Virus record (IMG/VR): IMGVR_UViG_3300035492_000181
Reading direction: 5' to 3' (one strand)
Source: a virus
Length of the DNA stretch: 35,099 nucleotides
Position 1 is the stretch's first letter; each line of letters opens with the position of its first letter. The notes beneath the pieces are model-generated. The model did not search any database. It saw only the letters and a program-made list of their open reading frames with translations, and had not been told where the DNA came from. The position numbers and the translations under genes are program-made. Positions 1-9,020 of the stretch are shown here, piece after piece.

Positions 1-641
1 CGGAGGGGGTCTGGTCAGATTGGGTGGAGATTTTTCATAGCGGCAACCTTTCACCGGTAGAAACATCCCGCCAGGTCAACGCCGGCAACGGCCTTACCGG
101 CGGCGGCACCCTGGCGGCGGATCGCACACTCGCACTCGGCACCCCTGGCACGCTGTCGGGCAGTACCTCGAACAGCGTGTCCGGCACAAGCCACACTCAT
201 GCCCTCTCAGCGGCCACCGACACCCTGCGCGGCGTGATCGAACTGGCCACCGCCACAGAAGTCGCCGCAGGCGACGCCACCCGTGCCGTCACCGGCGCCA
301 CACTGATCGCCGGCCTGCTCGGCCTGGGCAATATGGGTGGTTCTGGTTACGTAACGCTTCCATTCCGCGACAGCACCGGTGCCCGGCGCGAGTTCATTCT
401 CCAGTGGACCACCACCGGCACCGTCAGCAGCACCATGACGCCCGTTGACGTGACCTGGCCCACGGCATTCCCGACCGCATGCTTGGGTGCCGCGTGCCTC
501 GACTACGGGACGTCACTTTCAACAATCAAGAGCTGGAAGGTCATTTCGGACGGCATCGACAAAGTCGGTGCGAAGGTCATGTTCGCCAACGATGCGGGCA
601 GTGGTGACGGTTACGGCCGCGTATTCAGCTGGGGCTATTGA
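1..641 (+). CDS. H: Tail fibre protein, C-terminal part (continuation of 33451..35099 across the circular junction; reading frame starts at base 3)
   Basis: The frame is open from base 3 and is in frame with the 33451 ORF through the 127-bp overlap. It carries a GTSHTHAL His-box and an LRGVIELATATE fibre repeat. Stop TGA at 639-641, directly upstream of the fibre-assembly gene. Confidence 0.85.
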   Translation, partial: EGVWSDWVEIFHSGNLSPVETSRQVNAGNGLTGGGTLAADRTLALGTPGTLSGSTSNSVSGTSHTHALSAATDTLRGVIELATATEVAAGDATRAVTGATLIAGLLGLGNMGGSGYVTLPFRDSTGARREFILQWTTTGTVSSTMTPVDVTWPTAFPTACLGAACLDYGTSLSTIKSWKVISDGIDKVGAKVMFANDAGSGDGYGRVFSWGY

Positions 642-652
642 GGAGCAGTACG

Positions 653-1429
653 ATGAGTATCTATTTCAGCGCCAGCAGCAACGGGTTCTACGATGGCGCA
701 CTGTTCGGCAATCGTACCCACTCGGTTCCCGACCCTGACTGGGTACGGCCCACGGTTGAGGTACTGCTACAACCTGGTGAAGAAGCGTTGATTGACGGCG
801 AGACAGTCTTCAACAACACGGACGAGCCATTGCCGCTGCTGGTCCACGATCAGAGCGTCGAAGCGCCGCTGGTGGAGGTCGCTAACCCAGACTGCAAGCT
901 GCCAGACGATGCCGTTGAAATCACTGCTGCCCACCGCGATGAGTTGCTCGCGGGTGTCTCGCAGTTCCGCCGAATTGCGGCCGATGACAGCGGTTATCCG
1001 GTCCTGGTCGACCTGCCAGGGCCGAGCGACGCTGAGAGGCTCAAACGCCTGCTGGACATAGTCGATGACGCAGCAGACCGCGCCCGCTATGCCGTCGCTG
1101 GTGATCCGCTGCGCGCGGTGGAGTACGACCGCGCCCGCCTCGAAGCCGAGCAGTTCGCTGCAGCAGACTTTCAGGGGGAGGTTCCGCCCATGGTTGCCGC
1201 CTGGGCTATCGGCGATCGCACCGCACAACAGGCAGCGCAGAGCATCATCGCCGAGGCCACCCAGTACACCGCTGCCCTGGTGCAACTGCGCGCCGTGCGC
1301 CTGCTGGCCAAGGAGCAGATACGCGTGCTGGTGGAAGCCGGCGACCTCGATCAGGCGCAGCAGTTGGCCGCACAGACGGTTGCCGAAATCGAGGGAGCAG
1401 TAGCCGGTATCGGCAACAACGCCGGGTAA
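653..1429 (+). CDS. G: Tail fibre assembly chaperone (P2 gpG-like)
   Basis: GAGGAG RBS at 640-645 and ATG at 653. The N-terminus MSIYFSASSNGFYD is typical of gpG-type assembly proteins, and the gene follows H. Confidence 0.7.
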   Translation: MSIYFSASSNGFYDGALFGNRTHSVPDPDWVRPTVEVLLQPGEEALIDGETVFNNTDEPLPLLVHDQSVEAPLVEVANPDCKLPDDAVEITAAHRDELLAGVSQFRRIAADDSGYPVLVDLPGPSDAERLKRLLDIVDDAADRARYAVAGDPLRAVEYDRARLEAEQFAAADFQGEVPPMVAAWAIGDRTAQQAAQSIIAEATQYTAALVQLRAVRLLAKEQIRVLVEAGDLDQAQQLAAQTVAEIEGAVAGIGNNAG

Positions 1430-1450
1430 CCCCGGCGGTTTCAAAACGAA

Positions 1451-1470
1451 CCTCGCCTCGGCGGGGTTTT
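1451..1470 (+). terminator. Candidate intrinsic terminator after the H-G operon
   Basis: CCTCGC/GCGGGG stem (one G-T wobble) followed by TTTT at 1467-1470. Confidence 0.4.
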
Positions 1471-1483
1471 CGTCGTGCTGCGC

Positions 1484-1502
1484 TGTCGCGACCCGCGCTA
1501 CA
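1484..1502 (+). promoter_or_regulatory. Late-promoter dyad TGT-N13-ACA upstream of the sheath gene (PF-like, Ogr-type activator site)
   Basis: TGTCGCGACCCGCGCTACA, centre 1493, 90 nt before ATG 1583. The same TGT-N13-ACA architecture occurs at 24372 and 31068. Confidence 0.55.
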
Positions 1503-1582
1503 CGGCCAGCCGCGTGCGCCCCTTGCGCGCGCGCGTCACTCTCAAGGCTCACTGATCTGGCACCAGCCCTGCAGGAGCTCAC

Positions 1583-2755
1583 ATGGCCACCGATTACCAT
1601 CACGGCGTCCGCGTCCTCGAAATCAACGAGGGCACGCGCCCCATTCGCACCGTTTCCACCGCCGTGGTGGGCATGGTCTGCACCGCGTCGGATGCTGATG
1701 CGGTCAAGTTCCCGCTCAACAAGCCGGTGCTGCTCACCGACGTGCTCACCGCCTCCGGTTCCGCCGGCGAGCTGGGCACCCTGGCCCGCAGCCTGGATGC
1801 CATCGCCGACCAGGCGTCGCCCGTCACCGTCGTGGTGCGCGTGGAAGAGGGCGCCACCGAGGCGGAGACCACTACCAATCTCATCGGTGGGGTAAGCGCC
1901 TCCGGCCAGTACCTGGGCATGAAGGCGCTGCTCGCCGCTGAAGCGCAGCTGGGCGTGCGCCCACGTATTCTCGGTGTGCCAGGGCTGGACTCCTTGGCCG
2001 TCACCACTGAGCTGGTCGCCATTGCCGAGAAGTTGCGCGGCTTCGCCTACGCGAACGCCTGGGATTGCGAAACCGTCTCTGATGCCATCGCCTACCGTGA
2101 TGGCTTCGGCGCCCGTGAGCTCATGCTGATTTGGCCTGACTTCGTCTCCTGGGACACCACCGCGAACGCCAACGCACCGGCCAGCGCCATCGCTCGCGCC
2201 CTGGGCCTACGCGCCAAGCTGGACGAGCAGGTCGGTTGGCACAAAACCCTCTCCAACGTGCCGGTCAACGGCGTGTCGGGCCTGTCCAAGGACATCTACT
2301 TCGACCTGCAGAACCCCGCCACCGACGCCGGCCTGCTGAACGCCGCGGACGTCACCACGCTGATCCGCCGTGACGGCTTCCGCTTCTGGGGCTCACGCAC
2401 CTGCTCGGCTGACCCGCTGTTCGCCTTCGAGAACTACACCCGCTCGGCGCAGGTACTGGCGGACACCATGGCCGAGGCGCACTTCTGGGCGGTGGACAAG
2501 CCCATGCACCCCTCCCTGGTGCGCGACATCGTCGAGGGCATCAACGCCAAGTTCCGCGAGCTGATCCGCAACGGCTACCTGCTGGGTGGCGAGTGCTGGT
2601 ACGACGAGGCCGCCAACGACAAGGACACCCTCAAGGCCGGCAAGCTCTACCTGGACTACGACTACACCCCGGTACCGCCGCTGGAGAACCTGCTGCTGCG
2701 CCAGCGCATCACCGACCGCCACCTGGTCCAGTTCGCCGCCGCCGTCAACGCCTGA
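1583..2755 (+). CDS. FI: Contractile tail sheath protein
   Basis: 390 aa. N-terminus [21 protein letters not shown] is typical of P2 FI, and the gene sits before the tube gene. Confidence 0.95.
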   Translation: MATDYHHGVRVLEINEGTRPIRTVSTAVVGMVCTASDADAVKFPLNKPVLLTDVLTASGSAGELGTLARSLDAIADQASPVTVVVRVEEGATEAETTTNLIGGVSASGQYLGMKALLAAEAQLGVRPRILGVPGLDSLAVTTELVAIAEKLRGFAYANAWDCETVSDAIAYRDGFGARELMLIWPDFVSWDTTANANAPASAIARALGLRAKLDEQVGWHKTLSNVPVNGVSGLSKDIYFDLQNPATDAGLLNAADVTTLIRRDGFRFWGSRTCSADPLFAFENYTRSAQVLADTMAEAHFWAVDKPMHPSLVRDIVEGINAKFRELIRNGYLLGGECWYDEAANDKDTLKAGKLYLDYDYTPVPPLENLLLRQRITDRHLVQFAAAVNA

Positions 2756-2803
2756 CACCCATTCACCCGCGCGGCCCAGGCCGCGCCGTAGGAGAGCCCG
2801 ATC

Positions 2804-3319
2804 ATGGCCCTGCCCAAGAAACTCAAGCACCTCAACCTGTTCAACGACGGCAACAGCTACCTCGGCATCGCCAAGGCCGTCACCCTGCCGGTACTCGGCC
2901 GCAAGCTGGAGGCCTACCGGGGCGGCGGCATGGACGGCCCGGTAAAGGTCGACATGGGCCACAGCGACGACGGCCTGCAGCTGGAGTGGACCCTCGGCGG
3001 CTGGGATCTGATCGCCGTGCGCCAGTTCGGCGCTACCAAGGCCGACGGCGTGCAGCTGCGCTTCTCCGGCTCGGTGCAGCGCGACGACACCGGCGAAGTC
3101 AGCGCCGTGGAGATCGTCACCCGCGGCCGGCATGAAGAGATCGACTTCGGCGACGCCGAGCCCGGCGAAGACACCGAGCACAAGATCACCACCGCCCTGA
3201 CCTACTACAAGCTCAGCGTCGACGGTGAGGTCCTCATCGAGATCGACCTGCTCAACTTCGTCTACATCGTCGACGGCGACGACCGCCTGGCAGAGCACCG
3301 CAAGGCCCTCGGCATCTAA
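2804..3319 (+). CDS. FII: Tail tube protein
   Basis: 171 aa. MALPKKLKHLNLFNDGNSYLG matches the P2 FII family N-terminus. Confidence 0.95.
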   Translation: MALPKKLKHLNLFNDGNSYLGIAKAVTLPVLGRKLEAYRGGGMDGPVKVDMGHSDDGLQLEWTLGGWDLIAVRQFGATKADGVQLRFSGSVQRDDTGEVSAVEIVTRGRHEEIDFGDAEPGEDTEHKITTALTYYKLSVDGEVLIEIDLLNFVYIVDGDDRLAEHRKALGI

Positions 3320-3403
3320 GCCGTGCACAGCCAGCGCCCCCCTTTCCGCAACCCGTCAGCAGCGCCCCTGCTGGCGGCCCCAACGCACCCAAGGAGCAAC
3401 CCC

Positions 3404-3733
3404 ATGGAAACCCCCGAGACCACCGCCGAAAAGGCCAAGAACCCCAATGAAGCGGTCATCACGCTCGACACCCCCATCAAGCGCGGCGAGACCACCCACG
3501 ACACCGTCACCCTGCGCAAGCCCATGAGCGGCGAGCTGCGCGGCGTCACCCTGGTCGACCTGGTGCAGATGGACGTCCTCGCCCTGCGCAAGGTGCTGCC
3601 GCGCATCAGCACCCCCAGCCTCACCGATCACGAGATCGGCGCCATGGACCCGGCCGACCTGATGGCCTGCGGTGTCGCGGTGTCCGGTTTTTTGCTGCAG
3701 AAGTCGGCGAAGGAAGCTGCCCTCGTTGCGTAG
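3404..3733 (+). CDS. E: Tail assembly chaperone gpE
   Basis: AAGGAG RBS before ATG 3404. 109 aa, located between the tube and tape-measure genes, with a slippery site near the 3' end. Confidence 0.9.
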   Translation: METPETTAEKAKNPNEAVITLDTPIKRGETTHDTVTLRKPMSGELRGVTLVDLVQMDVLALRKVLPRISTPSLTDHEIGAMDPADLMACGVAVSGFLLQKSAKEAALVA

Positions 3734-3864
3734 AAGACGCCATGGCCGACCTGGCCGTGGTCTTTCACTGGGCGCCGGCGGACATGGACCCGCTGGCCCT
3801 TTCTGATCTGATCGAATGGCGCGAGCGGGCCAGAACACGCTGGGAGCTGAAGCATGGCCAATGA
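3404..3864 (+). CDS. E': Tail assembly chaperone gpE+E' produced by a -1 programmed frameshift at 3688-3694
   Basis: After a -1 slip the frame stays open to TGA 3862-3864. It encodes ...MADLAVVFHWAPADMDPLALSDLIEWRERARTRW, a typical gpE' extension, and overlaps the tape-measure start. Confidence 0.8.
3688..3694 (+). promoter_or_regulatory. Slippery heptamer T TTT TTG for the E/E' -1 frameshift
   Basis: The zero-frame codons GGT TTT TTG give an X XXY YYZ heptamer in the conserved position of the chaperone gene. Confidence 0.8.
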
Positions 3865-6439
3865 CTTGAAGATGGAGGTGATCCTCCAGGCCATTGACCG
3901 AGCCACCCGGCCGATCCGCGCCATCACCCAGGGGAGCGTCGGCCTCGGCCGCGCCCTCAAGGACTCCCGCGACCAGCTCAAGACGCTGCAAGCGCAGCAG
4001 CGCGACGTCAGCAGCTGGCGTACCCTGCGCGCCGCGAGCGAGCAGACCGAAACCGCCCTGCAGGCGGCCCGCGAGCGCGTGAAGGCTCTCGGCAAGGACC
4101 TGGCCGCCACTGGCGTGCCCACCCGGCAGATGACCCGCGACCTCAAGGGCGCCATCCGCGAAGCCACCGCCCTCAAGCGGCAGCACCAGGAACAACAGGT
4201 GCAGCTCCAGGGCCTGCGCAACAAGCTCGGCGCCGCCGGCATCAGCACGCGCAACCTCAGCCAGCACGAGCGCGACCTGCGCCAACGCATCGAGCAGACC
4301 AACCAGACCATCACCGAGCAGGGCCGGCGCATGCAGCGCCTGACCGCGCAGACCAAGCAGCTCGCGATGGCCCGGGCTCAGTACGACAAGACCCAGCAGC
4401 TCGCCGGCAGCATGGCCGGCGCCGGTGCAGGCTCAGCCGCGGCAGGGGCCGCCATGGGCGTTCCGGTGCTCAGCACCGTGCAGAGCTACATGGGCTTCGA
4501 GGACGCCATGGCGGGCGTGGCCAAGCAGGTAGAAGGCGCCCGCGACGGCAATGGGCAGCTAACCAGCACCTACTTCGAGATGGCCGACGCCATCAAGGCC
4601 ATGGCCGAGCGCATCCCCATGGCCACCACCGAAATCGCCGCCCTGGTGGAAGGCGCGGCGCGCATGGGCGTGTCCGGCAAGGACAACCTGCTGGCGTTCG
4701 CCGAGGTGGCCGCCAATGCCGCCACCGCGTTCGAGCTGCCGGCCGACCAGATCGGCGAGAACCTCGCGCGCATCGCCGACCTGTACAAGATCCCGATCCA
4801 GAACGTCAGCCAGCTGGGCGACGCCATCAACTACCTGGACGACAACGCCAAGTCGAAGGGCGCGGACATCATCGAGGTGCTGCAGCGCACGGCCGGCGTC
4901 ACCGCCTCGGTGGGCATGAGCTACAAGGACGCCGCCGCCCTGGGCTCCACCTTTCTCACCCTGGGCGCCACCGCCGAGGTAGCCGGCACCGCCACCAACG
5001 CGATGATCCGCGAGCTGGCGATCGCCACACAGCAGCCCAAGCGCTTCCAGGCCGGGCTCAAGGCGCTGGGGCTCGAAGCCGAGGCGCTGCAGAGCGGCAT
5101 GGCCGAGAACGCGACGGGCACGCTGCAGCAGGTCCTGGACGCCATCAACAAGCTGCCCAAGGCCGAGCAGCTCGGCGTCACGACGCAGCTGTTCGGCAAG
5201 GAGTTCGGCGACGACGCCGCCAAGCTGGCCCAGAACATCGGCGAGTACCGCCGTCAGCTGGACATGGCCAACTCCACCGCCGGCTCAGGCTCCATGCAAC
5301 GCGAAGCGGACATCCGCGCGGAGTTGATATCGGCGCGCATGGACATGGCCAAGAACCGGGCCTTTAACCTCTCGGCCACCCTGGGCGAGACCCTGCGCCC
5401 CACGCTGGTGGAGCTGTTCGAGAGCTTCAACAGCGTGATCGGCCGCGTGACCGACTGGGTCAAGGCCAACCCGGAACTCGCCGGGCAGATCATCAAGACC
5501 GTGGCCGGCGTGGCAGCGCTGGCCGCTGGGTTCGGCGCCGTCACCCTGGGCCTGGCCAGCTTCCTCGGCCCGTTCGCCATGGCGCGCTACGCGCTGACGC
5601 TGTTCGGCATCAAGGGCGCGAGCCTGGGTACCGTTCTGCTCAACCTGGGCAAGGCCGTGCTGCCAATGGTGGGCAAGGCGATCCTGTTCATCGGTCGCGC
5701 GCTGATGATGAACCCCATCGGCCTGGCGGTGACCGCCATCGCGGCCTCGGCCTACCTGATCTATCGCAACTGGGAGCCGGTCAAGGCGTTCTTCCTCGGC
5801 CTGTGGGCGGAGATCAAGCAGGGCTTCGCCGGCGGCCTCACCGGCATCGCCACGCTGATCCTCAACTTCTCACCGCAGGGGCTGTTCTACCGCGCCTTCG
5901 CCGGCCTGATGAGCTACTTCGGCGTGGAGTTGCCAGCCAAGTTCTCCGACTTCGGCGGCATGCTCCTGGACGGCCTGGTAAACGGCATCAAGAACAAGCT
6001 CGGCGCCGTTAAGGCTGCGATCGGCGGCGTCGGCGACAGCACCGTCGGCTGGTTCAAGGAGAAGCTCGGCATCCACTCGCCGTCGCGCGTGTTCGCCGAG
6101 CTGGGCGGCTTCACCATGCAGGGCCTGGAGCAGGGGCTGGTGGGCGGCCAGGGCGGCCCGCTGGGCGCGGTCACCGCCATGGCCAAGCAACTGGCAGCAG
6201 CCGGGGCCGTCAGCTTCGGCATGAGCGGCCCGGCAATGGCCATGGACAACCGCCCGGCGCTATCAGCCGCAGCGAGCAGCGCGCCTATGGTGGTCCAGGG
6301 CGACACCTACCAGATCACCATCCACGCGGCGCCCGGTACCGACACCGCGGGCCTGCGCCAGATGTTCAACCAGCTACTGGACGAGCGCGAGCGCGGCAAG
6401 GCTGCCCGCGTGCGCTCGGCCCTCGGCGACCAGGAGTAA
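3854..6439 (+). CDS. T: Tail tape measure protein
   Basis: 861 aa. Coiled-coil N-terminus, Gly/Ala-rich hydrophobic central region, and position after E/E'. Confidence 0.95.
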   Translation: MANDLKMEVILQAIDRATRPIRAITQGSVGLGRALKDSRDQLKTLQAQQRDVSSWRTLRAASEQTETALQAARERVKALGKDLAATGVPTRQMTRDLKGAIREATALKRQHQEQQVQLQGLRNKLGAAGISTRNLSQHERDLRQRIEQTNQTITEQGRRMQRLTAQTKQLAMARAQYDKTQQLAGSMAGAGAGSAAAGAAMGVPVLSTVQSYMGFEDAMAGVAKQVEGARDGNGQLTSTYFEMADAIKAMAERIPMATTEIAALVEGAARMGVSGKDNLLAFAEVAANAATAFELPADQIGENLARIADLYKIPIQNVSQLGDAINYLDDNAKSKGADIIEVLQRTAGVTASVGMSYKDAAALGSTFLTLGATAEVAGTATNAMIRELAIATQQPKRFQAGLKALGLEAEALQSGMAENATGTLQQVLDAINKLPKAEQLGVTTQLFGKEFGDDAAKLAQNIGEYRRQLDMANSTAGSGSMQREADIRAELISARMDMAKNRAFNLSATLGETLRPTLVELFESFNSVIGRVTDWVKANPELAGQIIKTVAGVAALAAGFGAVTLGLASFLGPFAMARYALTLFGIKGASLGTVLLNLGKAVLPMVGKAILFIGRALMMNPIGLAVTAIAASAYLIYRNWEPVKAFFLGLWAEIKQGFAGGLTGIATLILNFSPQGLFYRAFAGLMSYFGVELPAKFSDFGGMLLDGLVNGIKNKLGAVKAAIGGVGDSTVGWFKEKLGIHSPSRVFAELGGFTMQGLEQGLVGGQGGPLGAVTAMAKQLAAAGAVSFGMSGPAMAMDNRPALSAAASSAPMVVQGDTYQITIHAAPGTDTAGLRQMFNQLLDERERGKAARVRSALGDQE

Positions 6440-6445
6440 CACCCC

Positions 6446-6886
6446 ATGATGATGGCCCTAGGCATGTTCGTGTTCAGCCTGGAGACCCTGGCCTACCAGG
6501 AGTTCCAACGGCAGACGGACTGGCGCCACGGCTCCACCAGCCGCATCGGCACCAACCCGGCGCGCCAGTACCTTGGGCGCGGCGAGGACAGCATCACCTT
6601 GCCCGGCGTGCTGCTGCCCGGCCTGGTCGGCAGCCCGCTCAGCCTCGACACCCTGCGCATGATGGCCGACACCGGCAAGGCTTGGCCCCTGGTGCAGGGC
6701 GACGGCCGGATCTTCGGCCTGTGGGTAATCGAGTCGCTCAGCGAGACGCGCACCCTCTTCTTCCGTGACGGCGCCGCCCGCCGCATCGAGTTCAACCTCA
6801 AGCTGGGCCGCATCGACGACGGCCGCGTCGATCTGCTGGGCAGCCTCACCGGTAGCGTCGGCGGCATCCTGCGGGGGCTGCTGTGA
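6446..6886 (+). CDS. U: Tail protein gpU
   Basis: 146 aa. ALGMFVFSLETLAYQEFQRQTDWRH matches the P2 gpU family N-terminus. Confidence 0.9.
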   Translation: MMMALGMFVFSLETLAYQEFQRQTDWRHGSTSRIGTNPARQYLGRGEDSITLPGVLLPGLVGSPLSLDTLRMMADTGKAWPLVQGDGRIFGLWVIESLSETRTLFFRDGAARRIEFNLKLGRIDDGRVDLLGSLTGSVGGILRGLL

Positions 6887-8142
6887 GCCTGCTCAGCCAA
6901 GCCGGCGCGCTGCTCGGTGACGCGGCCAACCACTACCGCGAGGCGACGTCCTACCCCAAGCCGATCTGCCGCGTGGTGGTCAACGGCCGCGACATCACCC
7001 TCGACATCGAGCAGCGCCTGGTCAGCATCGAGCTGACCGACAACCGCGGCATGGAGGCCGACCAGCTCGACATCACCCTCAGCGACCACGACGGGCTGCT
7101 GGCCATCCCGCCCCGGGGCGCCACCGTGCGCCTCTGGCTGGGCTGGAGCGATACCGGCCTGGTCGACAAGGGCAGCTACACCGTGGACGAGACCGAGCAC
7201 AGCGGCGCGCCGGACGTGCTCAGCATCCGCGCCCGCAGCGCGGACCTGCGCGGCGGCCTCAAGGTCAAGCGCGAACGCAGCTGGGACGGTGCCACCCTCG
7301 GCGCCGTCATCGCCTCGATCGCCGCGGCCCATGGCCTGGCACCCGTGGTCAGCCCCATCCTGGCGGCCATCGAGCTGCTGCACCTGGACCAGGCCAACGA
7401 GAGCGACGCCAACCTGCTGAGCCGCCTGGGCCTGCAACACGACGCCATCAGCACGGTGAAGGCCGGCCGCCTGCTGTTCATGCCGGCCGGCAAGAGCACC
7501 ACCGCCAGCGGCCTGAGCCTGCCCCACGTCACCCTCACCCGGGCCGACGGCGACCAGCACCGCTTCCTGCAGGCCGACCGCGACAGCTACACCGGCGTCA
7601 AGGCGTACTACTACGAGATCAACAGCGCGGAGAAGAAGGAGGCCATCGCCGGCGGCGGCGACAACCTCAAGGAGCTGCGCCACAGCTACACCGACCAGGC
7701 CAGCGCCCTGCGCGCCGCCCGCGCCGAGTGGGGCCGCCTGCAGCGCGGTACCGCCACGCTCAGCTACACGCTGGCCAAGGGGCGCCCGGAGTTGACCCCC
7801 GACCAGACCTACAGCCTGCTCGGCATCAAGGCCGAGATCGCGGCCATCGTCTGGCTGGGCGGCAACCTGCACCACAGCTTCACGCCGGACAGCTACACCA
7901 CCAGCCTGGAGCTGGAATCCAAGCTGCCCGACGGCGATGACGTGGATCTGCTGGCCGACCACGACGGCGACTACACCGGCGTGGTTGCCTGGTACCGCGA
8001 CGAGAAAACAGGCGAGCAGAAGAAACTCACCGCCGGCGATCAGACCAAGCCCAAGCGCCTGACGAACCTCTACGCGAGCAAGGCCAATGCCCAGCGGGCG
8101 GTGGATCGAGAGTTGAAGCGGTTGCAGGAATCGCGGACATAA
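6883..8142 (+). CDS. D: Tail protein / late control protein gpD (GTG start, GTGA overlap with U)
   Basis: 419 aa. The KPICRVVVNGRDITLDIEQRLVSIELTDNRGMEADQLDITLSD motif is typical of gpD. It is the last gene of the tail operon. Confidence 0.9.
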   Translation: MSLLSQAGALLGDAANHYREATSYPKPICRVVVNGRDITLDIEQRLVSIELTDNRGMEADQLDITLSDHDGLLAIPPRGATVRLWLGWSDTGLVDKGSYTVDETEHSGAPDVLSIRARSADLRGGLKVKRERSWDGATLGAVIASIAAAHGLAPVVSPILAAIELLHLDQANESDANLLSRLGLQHDAISTVKAGRLLFMPAGKSTTASGLSLPHVTLTRADGDQHRFLQADRDSYTGVKAYYYEINSAEKKEAIAGGGDNLKELRHSYTDQASALRAARAEWGRLQRGTATLSYTLAKGRPELTPDQTYSLLGIKAEIAAIVWLGGNLHHSFTPDSYTTSLELESKLPDGDDVDLLADHDGDYTGVVAWYRDEKTGEQKKLTAGDQTKPKRLTNLYASKANAQRAVDRELKRLQESRT

Positions 8143-8143
8143 A

Positions 8144-8166
8144 AAGGGCGCCACTTGGGCGCCCTT
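8144..8166. terminator. Bidirectional stem-loop terminator between gene D and the minus-strand cargo operon
   Basis: AAGGGCGCC-ACTTG-GGCGCCCTT, a perfect 9-bp stem. The A-run at 8141-8145 supplies a U-tract for minus-strand transcripts. Confidence 0.7.
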
Positions 8167-8183
8167 ACGGTTTGAGATAATTG

Positions 8184-9020
8184 TTAGTGCAGCCTTTGAA
8201 TGCCTGCGGCTTCTTCCATGCGCTGAATGTAATCCACCTTGTCCTTCTGGCTGCGCAGGTTGAATATGAAGTCCGACCCCTCGCTCAGAAGATCAATAGC
8301 TTCGGATTTATCTTTTTCATCTGCCGCACTAGCCGAGTAAACCGCATAGCACTTTGTTTCTTTGCCAAGCTCTAGCTTTGCCTTTGCCATAACAAACGAC
8401 TTGAGCCCGGCTTCTTTGAACTTAACCGACGCATCACGCGCACCAAGATCGATTGTTTCAGTGATGTGGTAAACACCGTTCTTTAATGCGAAGTCAGCGC
8501 GCAAGCTGGACTTCTCGGAGATCGGGAACTTCTCGACGATACGGTGGTTGAAAATATCGTCTACAGAGTCACTGAACAGGTCGTGCTGGCGGAAGATGCT
8601 GCGTAGGTTAGTAATTATGCGTGCGCCGCGCTCTCTGGTGATGACCGGGCGAGGCGGGATCACCAACTCATTCATCAATAGGCTGATTTTTAAGTTCGCT
8701 TCTTCTCTAGTTGCCGCACTGAAACAACCCAAAGTGCTTAACTGATAAGAATCAGGCAATATTAATTTTAGAAATTCAAATCTACTTTCTATTTCTTGGC
8801 TCTCCGGCACGCTTTTACTGAATATCTTTTGCAGCATGGACTCGATATTCTTCAAATCGTTTCCGGAAATTGCACCATCTACGGCGCGAATCTTTCTAAT
8901 AGATTCGCATAGATTTACGACAATGGAGTCAGGCATAAACGCAACCAGACCAATATTAATGGTCTCATTGCGCTTACGGTCGGGCGTGAATTGTATAAGG
9001 CTGTATTTAATAATATTCAT
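8184..9020 (-). CDS. DUF3037-like protein with an unassigned C-terminal half
   Basis: ATG at 9020-9018 overlaps the upstream stop (TGATG). The N-terminus YSLIQFTPDRKRNETINIGLVAF resembles the DUF3037 signature. The gene is clearly AT-rich relative to the phage backbone. Confidence 0.65.
   Translation of the reverse strand: MNIIKYSLIQFTPDRKRNETINIGLVAFMPDSIVVNLCESIRKIRAVDGAISGNDLKNIESMLQKIFSKSVPESQEIESRFEFLKLILPDSYQLSTLGCFSAATREEANLKISLLMNELVIPPRPVITRERGARIITNLRSIFRQHDLFSDSVDDIFNHRIVEKFPISEKSSLRADFALKNGVYHITETIDLGARDASVKFKEAGLKSFVMAKAKLELGKETKCYAVYSASAADEKDKSEAIDLLSEGSDFIFNLRSQKDKVDYIQRMEEAAGIQRLH

Noticed and set aside
1-127. Biological direct terminal repeat (DTR) or LTR-like element
   Set aside because: The length is exactly 127, a typical assembler k-mer. 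The junction restores a continuous tail-fibre ORF. The phage has a P2-type cos-like site, so terminal redundancy is not expected in virion DNA.
6493-8154. 553-aa minus-strand ORF antisense to genes U and D. Similar long shadow ORFs occur at 24693-27353 (-), 22627-24696 (+), 30015-31634 (-), 12752-14218 (-), 18672-19739 (-), 2393-3328 (-) and 3356-4285 (-).
   Set aside because: They overlap, on the opposite strand, genes with clear P2-family identity. Their translations are low-complexity and rich in Ala, Gly, Arg and Val, as expected from stop-poor antisense frames in >60% GC DNA. They have no RBS or family motifs.
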